In this document: piece by piece, positions 40,928 through 47,908 of the stretch
Numbering within the stretch: position 1 is the first letter of the stretch
Layout of the letters: each line of letters opens with the position of its first letter
NCBI GenBank assembly: GCA_046313635.1
Contig: JBKBYA010000002.1
Coordinates: forward strand, 497,904-561,903
Direction: 5' to 3'
Source of the DNA: Pyrinomonadaceae bacterium
Lineage (GTDB): Bacteria > Acidobacteriota > Blastocatellia > Pyrinomonadales > Pyrinomonadaceae
Length of the DNA stretch: 64,000 nucleotides
Made by a program: the position numbers and the translations under genes
The notes under the pieces: generated by a model
Databases searched by the model: none
What the model saw: the letters and a program-made list of their open reading frames with translations, nothing else
What the model was told of the DNA's origin: nothing

Positions 40928-41371
40928 TCAATCAAACAAATACCGTTCATCATAATTCACCCCGTGAAGCCTCAATAGCGAGACCTATTCATCCTCAAAC
41001 GAATGTCGCTGGTGATGATCCCGCTGATTCTTAATGTATTCAACCACCGACGGTACACTCGACTTGCTGACGGTGAAGACGCCGTAACCGTCCTGCCATC
41101 CAAAGTTCCCGTGAGTCTCATTCATCCATTTCGACGATTCGCCTTTCAGCCATTGCGCGATCTGGCTCGGAGAATGTATCGGTTCGGACATCGTACAGAT
41201 GTGAATGTGGTTTTCGATCCCGCCTACCTGGACGGCCGTGAGATCGTGCTGTCTTGCGATGCCGCCGATGTAGGCCCAAACGCGTTCCTCGATATCTCGG
41301 TGGATGAGATCGGCACGTCCTTTGGTGCTGAAGACGAAATGGTGAAAAAGGTTTGAATAGGTGTTTGCCAT
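40928..41371 (-). mobile_element. tnpA: IS200/IS605-family Y1 (HUH) transposase TnpA, REP-flanked, with premature TAG
   Basis: HFVFSTK, NHIH (HUH), KGESS, WQDGY, EYIKNQ; TAG at 40985-40987 then VSLLRLHGVNYDERYLFD* in frame. Confidence 0.88.
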
Positions 41372-41397
41372 CTATGCGGTGCAGCCGTCGTCGTTTG

Positions 41398-41596
41398 GCC
41401 GCGTAGCGGTCGCATGATTTTAGCCGTGGGTTTCAACACACGGAAACGTCGAATGAAAACGTTGTCGTCGCGTAGTAGCGACGGTTGAACGATCCCCAAG
41501 ATGTAATTCAATCGTCGCTACGCGACGAAAACCTTATCGCATCGTGTCCGTGGGTTGAAACCCACGGCTAAATTCTTTTGCCGCTACGCGGCCTCG
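41398..41596. repeat. REP family B composite, copy 3
   Basis: GCCGCGTAGCGGT..CCGTGGGTTTCAACACACGG..CGTCGCGTAGTAGCGACG..CGTCGCTACGCGACG..CCGTGGGTTGAAACCCACGG..GCCGCTACGCGGC. Confidence 0.92.
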
Positions 41597-41741
41597 CTGG
41601 TCGACCTGTATGGCAGGCGTAAAAAGGATTGCCGAAAACCCAATCCCCCATTTGTGAAGAAGAACGACAAATAGGAGTATTCGTTGCTTCGACATATCGC
41701 TAGCTCACGGATCGCAGCACCCACACTTCACTCAACGAGAA

Positions 41742-43706
41742 CTAGACCGCGCCATTTCCATTCCTTGTGATCTGGACGAGGTTGCCGACGACGGTCGGGC
41801 CGTACTTTTTCTCGCCGGCTTTGGTGACGTTGTACCAGAAGGCCTGCATGTCCCAGGCGGCGGTGGGGCAGCGTTCGGCACAGAGGCCGCAGTGGAGGCA
41901 GACGTCTTCGTCTTTGACCATGACTCGGCCGGTCTTGAGGCCGTCGGCGACGTAGAGCGGCTGGGTTAGATTGAGCGCCGGAACTTTGGTCCGCTGGCGA
42001 ATGTCCGATTCCTCGCCGTCCGGGATAAATGAGATGCAGCTCGTCGGGCAGATGTCGACGCACGCGTCGCACTCGATGCACTTCGGCGCGTTAAAGACGG
42101 TCTGCACGTCGCAGTTGAGACAGCGCTGCGCTTCCTCGTAGCCGGTCAGCCGGTCGAATCCGAGCTCGACCTCCTGACGGCGGTTGACGAGCGTCTTGCT
42201 CTTGGGCGCCTGCGGCACTTTGTATCGCGGGTCGTGATCGATCTCGCTGTCGTACGCCCACTCGTGAATGCCCATCTTCATCGACATCAGATTGACGTGC
42301 GGCGCGGGGCGATCGGCGACGAGGTCCTTGCCGCGGCAAAGAAGGTCGATCGAGATCGCGGCCTGGTGACCGTGAGCGACGGCGGTGATGACATTCTCCG
42401 GGCCGAAGGCCGCGTCGCCGCCGAAGAAGACCTTGGGATGCGTCGACTGAAAGGTCTTTTTATCGACGACGGGCATCTCCCATTTGTCGAACTCGACGCC
42501 GAGGTCGCGTTCGATCCACGGGAACGAATTCTCCTGGCCGATCGCGACCAGCACGTCGTCGGCCGGATAAAAAACTTCCGGCTCGCCGGTCGGCACGAGC
42601 GAGCGTTTGCCGTTCTCGTCGTAAACGGCCTCGACCTTTTCGAACATTACACCGACGAGCCGGTACGGAGCGCGGACGCCCTCGTCCGCAATGAGCGATG
42701 CTTCATCGCTCAGATCGCTGCCCAAGGCCGAGTGTTCTTGTCCGGTCGCGGCCGCGTTGCGGCCATTGCGGACGGGGGCGTCCGCGTTCCTTTCGACCAC
42801 GAATCTTTTCGGCACGTGGTTGTCGATGATCGGGATGTCCTCGTGCATCGCGTCCTCTTTTTCCCACGGGCTCGCCTTCATCTCGGCGAAGGGCGAACGC
42901 ACGATGACCTTTACGTCCTCGCCGCCGAGGCGACGCGCCGTGCGGCAGCAGTCCATCGCGGTGTTGCCGCCGCCGAGGACGATGACCGTCTTGCCGATCT
43001 TCGTCGTATGCTCAAATGCGACGCTCGCGAGCCAGTTGATGCCGATATGGATGTTGGCCGCGCCCTCTTCACGGCCGGGGATCTTCAATTCCCTTCCGCG
43101 CGGAGCCCCTGTGCCGACAAAGACGGCGTCGTAATCCTGTGCGAGCACGTCCCTGAGCGACGAGACGTAATGCTTGAAGTGTGTGTGAATGCCGAGGTCG
43201 AGAATGTAGTTGACCTCTTCGTCAAGTACAGTCTCGGGCAGGCGAAACGCCGGGATCTGGCTGAGCATAAATCCGCCGCCCTTGAACTGCTCGTCAAACA
43301 GATGGATCTCGTAACCGAGCGGAGCGAGGTCGCGAGCGACCGTGAGCGACGCCGGCCCCGCACCGATGAGTGCGACCTTTTTGCCGTTCGGTTCAAAGGG
43401 CCCGCGCGGCATCAGCGGCTTGACCTCGCCCTTATTGTCCGCGGCGACGCGCTTGAGGCGACAGATCGCGACCGGTTCTTCTTCGACGCGGCCGCGGCGG
43501 CAGGCCGGCTCGCACGGGCGATCGCACGTTCGGCCGAGCACGCCCGGAAAGACGTTCGAGTCCCAGTTGACCATATACGCCTCGGTGTACTTGCCCTCGG
43601 CGATCAGGCGAATGTACTCGGGCACCGGCGTGTGAGCCGGGCAGGCGTATTGGCAGTCGACGACGCGATGGAAATATTCGGGATCTGCAATGTCGGTAGG
43701 TTTCAC
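41742..43706 (-). CDS. GltD/SfrB-like FAD/NAD(P)H oxidoreductase with C-terminal 2x[4Fe-4S]
   Basis: CQYACP, GRTCDRPCEPAC, GAGPA, GGGNTAMDC, CIECDACVDICP, CLHCGLCAERCP; AAGGAG SD. Confidence 0.92.
   Translation of the reverse strand: MKPTDIADPEYFHRVVDCQYACPAHTPVPEYIRLIAEGKYTEAYMVNWDSNVFPGVLGRTCDRPCEPACRRGRVEEEPVAICRLKRVAADNKGEVKPLMPRGPFEPNGKKVALIGAGPASLTVARDLAPLGYEIHLFDEQFKGGGFMLSQIPAFRLPETVLDEEVNYILDLGIHTHFKHYVSSLRDVLAQDYDAVFVGTGAPRGRELKIPGREEGAANIHIGINWLASVAFEHTTKIGKTVIVLGGGNTAMDCCRTARRLGGEDVKVIVRSPFAEMKASPWEKEDAMHEDIPIIDNHVPKRFVVERNADAPVRNGRNAAATGQEHSALGSDLSDEASLIADEGVRAPYRLVGVMFEKVEAVYDENGKRSLVPTGEPEVFYPADDVLVAIGQENSFPWIERDLGVEFDKWEMPVVDKKTFQSTHPKVFFGGDAAFGPENVITAVAHGHQAAISIDLLCRGKDLVADRPAPHVNLMSMKMGIHEWAYDSEIDHDPRYKVPQAPKSKTLVNRRQEVELGFDRLTGYEEAQRCLNCDVQTVFNAPKCIECDACVDICPTSCISFIPDGEESDIRQRTKVPALNLTQPLYVADGLKTGRVMVKDEDVCLHCGLCAERCPTAAWDMQAFWYNVTKAGEKKYGPTVVGNLVQITRNGNGAV
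42667..42790. repeat. REP doublet (family A) in frame within the GltD-like gene
   Basis: GGAGCGCGGACGCCCTCGTCCGCA (42667-42690) ... TGCGGACGGGGGCGTCCGCGTTCC (42767-42790). Confidence 0.92.
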
Positions 43707-43863
43707 TGCGAAATGCTCCTTACGGATCTATGCTGCGGTCGGATCTGCCGCACCGCGGACCGTCTTTGCGGCCGATGCCGGAGCGTGTTCCTCAACCTCA
43801 GAGCCAAAAATAAACGATAAGACCCGCAACATCAATCAAACGGGGCGAGCCCGGGGCGCGGCG

Positions 43864-44583
43864 TCACGGCGAAGTTCTTACGCCGCCCTCGACTCTCGCG
43901 ACGGCGGGGTTTGACGGGTCGATCTTTTTGAGCTTTTCGACGATCTTGAGAGCACTCTCGCGATCGCCCTTTTCGTTGTAGGCGAGGGCGAGATTCTGCA
44001 GCGACATTTCGTGATCGGGCCGGTTGGCTAGCGAGCGCTTGAACTCGGCGATCGCGCGGTCGTAGTCGGGCGGCTCGCGCAGGAAGAATGTCAGCCCGAG
44101 ATCGCTGCGGACGTTCGCGTCGTCCGGCTTTATCTCGAGAGCGCGGCGGTACCACGTCTCGGCCTCGACATATTTTTCAGCGTCAAAGAGCGAGTTGCCC
44201 ATCTTGATCAGCGGCTCGGCGTCGCGAGGTTTGAGCTTCGAGGCCGCCTCGTAGAATCGGGCCGCATCGTCAAAACGCTGGATCTGGTAGTAGAGGTCGC
44301 CGGCCGTCATCTGGGCCTCGAAGTTAGAGGGCTCGCTCCGAGCCTTTTCGATCGCGGCCGTCACCTCGGCGATCGCCGCCGCACCGCCGCTTTGCCCTTG
44401 CCCGTCGGCGCCGTCCTGCCCGATCGGCGGATGATTCGGCGGCAGGCCCGAGGCGTCAGACTGCCGGGCGGCGGCCGGAGAAGTGTGGGCCGTCTCGGCG
44501 CGGTTGATGCTGTTTGCGAGCATAAACCCGCCGACCGCTCCGATGACGATGCCGATCAAGCCGAATATCAATCTGTCCTTCAT
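43864..44583 (-). CDS. Membrane-anchored TPR protein
   Basis: N-terminal TM, LPPNHPPI motif, about four TPR repeats. Confidence 0.85.
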   Translation of the reverse strand: MKDRLIFGLIGIVIGAVGGFMLANSINRAETAHTSPAAARQSDASGLPPNHPPIGQDGADGQGQSGGAAAIAEVTAAIEKARSEPSNFEAQMTAGDLYYQIQRFDDAARFYEAASKLKPRDAEPLIKMGNSLFDAEKYVEAETWYRRALEIKPDDANVRSDLGLTFFLREPPDYDRAIAEFKRSLANRPDHEMSLQNLALAYNEKGDRESALKIVEKLKKIDPSNPAVARVEGGVRTSP

Positions 44584-44586
44584 AAG

Positions 44587-46485
44587 TTATTTGCCCCCTA
44601 TCTCGATGCCGATCGACTTGAGAAAGCGGTCGGGCCGCTCGCCGCCGATCAATGCAAAGACGTAGTCGTTCGCGATCGTATCGAGCTCTCTGCCCGACCT
44701 CGCGTCCTGCAGCACGACCTCGCGCTCGCGCAGCTCCTTGACCGCGACGCCGTATCGGATGTCGATCAGACCGCTGTCGGCGCATTTGTAGAGCAGATAC
44801 TTGTTGCCGAACTTCACGGTCGGCGCAAGCATCGTGCGGACGAGCAGCGTCACGCGGTTGCCGTCGCCCGCGGGACGCGGCTCGATCGACTGGCCGACCC
44901 TCACTGCGGCGAGGTCGATCGCGGCCTCGACCGCGGAATTGCCGCCGCCGACGACCACGATGTCGCGATCGCGGTACGCGGCAGGATTCGAAAGCGAATA
45001 GAGCACCTTCGGCTCGGGCCCGACCGCCGGGTCAACCGTGACGGTCATATCCTCGTCAGGCACGCGCAGTTTGTTTGGAGCCCCGCGGAGCCCGACCGCG
45101 ATCACGACGCGCCGCGCGGTGTACGTCCTTTCGGCATTGTCCGAGCTGCGTACGGTCTTGACCGCAAAGCCGTCGCCGCCCTCCAGCCGCTCGATCGTTC
45201 TGCAGCTCTCCTCCTCGTTAACGCGGACGCCGCGCTCGGCGAGGGCCTCGGTCCAGTGCTCGAGGATCGTCTCGCGCAGGTCGCCCGGAACGAGTGAGCG
45301 CAGCCGGGCCTCGATCTCTGCCGCAAACGCCGCAAGCATCTCGTCGCGCCGCGGCATAAAGCTCCTCTCAAAACTCGCCGCGAGGTCCGCGCCGGCCCCG
45401 CGGCCGAGGGCCGTCACGACACGCGACCGGAATTCGCCGGTCAGCTCCCGGTCAAGAAGCGCCGCGTCGCGCCCGCGCAAGGCAGCGGGCACGCTCCGCA
45501 GCAGACGCTCGCGAAGCTCCTCTACCGCCGGGCGTACCGCTTCATCGATCTTTTGCCGAAGGTCAGCCGCAAGCGGCCGCGTCCCGCCGCCGTCGTCGTC
45601 AGCCTGCCGCGAAGCGGCGAGCCCGAGACCTGTGACGTCGAGACCGCCGGTCCACTCGCGAGTGTCTGGCTTGAAAAAGATGTACTTTCCCTTGGGATAG
45701 GCGCGGATGGTCGAGAGGACCTTTTCCTGCTCGATCGCGACGTACCGCAGCCCGAGCTCGTGTGCGGTCGCCGCAGCCGACGCTCCGCCGGGGCCGACGC
45801 CGACGATGGCGACGTCGTACTCGACCGAGTCGGGCGACGCCGCCGCGCGCAGCTCGCCGGCGATATGGCGGATCACCTCGCTGCCCTCCTTGACGGCGTT
45901 CTTGATCAGCGGCACGCCCGAGACGTCGCCGACGATGTAGCAGCCGGCGACGTTCGATTCGAATGTTGCGCCGTCGCGTACCGGAGCGGGTATCGAGCGG
46001 ACCTCTTTGGTCGTGTTGACGACGATGCACGCCTTTGGATTTACCGGACACTCGGCCTGGCACGCGGTGTCCTCCATGCAGAGGTCGGGAGCGACCGCAC
46101 GGGCCCGGCCGTCGACGATCGCGAGCACGTCGTGCGGGCAGGCGTCGACGCACGCGTGGCAGCCGATGCAGCGGTCGGGAAAGATGACGGGATGCGGATA
46201 CTCGGGACCGCGGTATTTCGTGAGCCCCAACTCTGCGAGCTCCTCTCGATCCAGCACGCGGACCGGCCGCCGCTCGTCGCCGTCAACCCGCTTTAGAGAG
46301 CGCCGCGACCACCGGCGGTCAAAGGCGAGAAACAGCACGGCCGTCGCGCCGATCGCCGACAGCAGCGCCAGCCACCCCGGCCAGGTCAGCCCGCCCACGG
46401 CCGTGCCGCGCGGCGACAGAGCTCCGCTGACGAAAGTCAGCGCCACAAGCAGACCGATGCCGAAGATGATATTGACGAACCTCAT
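44587..46485 (-). CDS. Membrane-anchored 2x[4Fe-4S] + TrxB/YpdA-like FAD/NAD(P) oxidoreductase
   Basis: Two TMs, CIGCHACVDACP, CMEDTACQAECP, GDVSGVPLIKNA, GVGPGG, GGGNSAVEAA; no CxxC in the NADPH domain. Confidence 0.85.
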   Translation of the reverse strand: MRFVNIIFGIGLLVALTFVSGALSPRGTAVGGLTWPGWLALLSAIGATAVLFLAFDRRWSRRSLKRVDGDERRPVRVLDREELAELGLTKYRGPEYPHPVIFPDRCIGCHACVDACPHDVLAIVDGRARAVAPDLCMEDTACQAECPVNPKACIVVNTTKEVRSIPAPVRDGATFESNVAGCYIVGDVSGVPLIKNAVKEGSEVIRHIAGELRAAASPDSVEYDVAIVGVGPGGASAAATAHELGLRYVAIEQEKVLSTIRAYPKGKYIFFKPDTREWTGGLDVTGLGLAASRQADDDGGGTRPLAADLRQKIDEAVRPAVEELRERLLRSVPAALRGRDAALLDRELTGEFRSRVVTALGRGAGADLAASFERSFMPRRDEMLAAFAAEIEARLRSLVPGDLRETILEHWTEALAERGVRVNEEESCRTIERLEGGDGFAVKTVRSSDNAERTYTARRVVIAVGLRGAPNKLRVPDEDMTVTVDPAVGPEPKVLYSLSNPAAYRDRDIVVVGGGNSAVEAAIDLAAVRVGQSIEPRPAGDGNRVTLLVRTMLAPTVKFGNKYLLYKCADSGLIDIRYGVAVKELREREVVLQDARSGRELDTIANDYVFALIGGERPDRFLKSIGIEIGGK

Positions 46486-47906
46486 TTGCCGTTCAATTCT
46501 CGTATCTGCCGCGAGACCGCCTCGCGACGCCGGGCGAGCGCATCGACGGTCAAAAATTCAGACCAGCGTCGCTCGCTGAAAGGATGCTGCACGTGACACG
46601 AGATGCAGTTGACGCCGCCCGCGGCAAACCGCGCGTCGCCGGCAGACGTCGCGGCCGGCGTCGTGTGACAGACCCCGCAGGTCTGCCGCGGCGTCACGCG
46701 ATCGATCGGGTCAAAGCTCGCGTGGCAGGTCGAGCATGAGACGAGTCCTCTCGAATCTCCCTTCAAACCATTCGGCACCGTCAGACGCGCGACGTGCACC
46801 GAATGAAACTGCCGGCTCAGGCGCGCCTGCTCGTCGCGGTCGCCGGTCGCCGATCCGCCGATCTCTGGTATCGCCTCCGCGATCTCGCGGTACACGCCCT
46901 TCCATTGCCACGTGCCGCCGGTGACGGGATAGCCAAACGAGCCGCCGTGCGCCGTACGCACGCCGCGGCCGTTGTAGAGCTCGTGATTGTTGTCGCTGTG
47001 GCACTCGGCGCAGCTCGCGACGGCCGACGCCGTGAGGTCGAATTGCGCACCGCGGTGCTCCTTGTGACAGGCGGTGCACGTCACTCCGGCCTGCTCGTGA
47101 GCAAAGGTGTTGGAGGCGTGAAATCCCTCGGCCTGATGACACGAGACGCACGCCTGCTCGACCGGAGCGCCGTCGGCGGTGTGACACGTCGTGCAGGAGT
47201 TTCGATTTTCGCGCACGGCGATCCGGCTCGATTCGGATCGCGCGGTGTGAGGCGACGCGAGCGGCTCCGGCGCGTACGAGTCGGGGTAGACGCGATAAGC
47301 GATCAGCGCCAGCCCGGCGACGAGGACAAACGCCCACACAAAGAGTCCGCCGCGCCACGTCCGCACGAGATCGCGGGTCGGCCGCCAGTTGATGAGGTAT
47401 TTGCCCGGCTGCGGCCTGGCTGTCGGCCGCAGATGCGAGCCCCAGTCGTCCTTTTCGCGCTTTCGCTTTTCCCAAAAGACCTTGAGGATATCCGAGCGGT
47501 CCACGCTCGGCGCGGCGGCGGTCTCACGCTCGGCCGGCGGCGAGAGGCGTACGGCTGCCGACGAAGCGAGCGAGACATTCAATTCCAATTCGTCGTCAGC
47601 AGCCTGAGAGATCGTGACGGCAAAAGGCCCGACCTGAACGATGTCGCCGTCGACGATCACGTCCGATTCCTGCGGGCGGAGGAGACGGCCGTTGATCGTG
47701 AGCTTGTTCGACGCCGAGAGATTGATCAGATAAAAGCGTTCGTCGATGCGGCTGATGCCCGCGTGCACGCGCGAGACGGCGGCGTGCTCCAGACGTACGT
47801 CGCACGACGCTAGACGGCCGATCGTCACGGCGTCCTTGCGCAGCGTCGCCGCCGGACGCGAGCCGTCGGCGAATCGGACGTTGAATGTCGCGCTCTCGTC
47901 GCTCAT
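46482..47906 (-). CDS. FHA domain - TM - heptaheme cytochrome c
   Basis: IGR..S..VSRVHA..SASN FHA motifs; one TM; CTTCH, CVSCH, CTACH, CAECH, CSTCH, CGVCH, CISCH; true start ATG 47906. Confidence 0.88.
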   Translation of the reverse strand: MSDESATFNVRFADGSRPAATLRKDAVTIGRLASCDVRLEHAAVSRVHAGISRIDERFYLINLSASNKLTINGRLLRPQESDVIVDGDIVQVGPFAVTISQAADDELELNVSLASSAAVRLSPPAERETAAAPSVDRSDILKVFWEKRKREKDDWGSHLRPTARPQPGKYLINWRPTRDLVRTWRGGLFVWAFVLVAGLALIAYRVYPDSYAPEPLASPHTARSESSRIAVRENRNSCTTCHTADGAPVEQACVSCHQAEGFHASNTFAHEQAGVTCTACHKEHRGAQFDLTASAVASCAECHSDNNHELYNGRGVRTAHGGSFGYPVTGGTWQWKGVYREIAEAIPEIGGSATGDRDEQARLSRQFHSVHVARLTVPNGLKGDSRGLVSCSTCHASFDPIDRVTPRQTCGVCHTTPAATSAGDARFAAGGVNCISCHVQHPFSERRWSEFLTVDALARRREAVSRQIRELNGK

Positions 47907-47908
47907 CC

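Noticed and set aside
40985..40987. Pyrrolysine or genetic-code reassignment of TAG in tnpA
   Set aside because: TAG is used as a normal stop by other genes in the window; the position fits a Tyr-to-stop mutation
30910..41700. Integron cassette array
   Set aside because: No tyrosine integrase, and no attC-type RYYYAAC...GTTRRRY sites recognised at cassette ends
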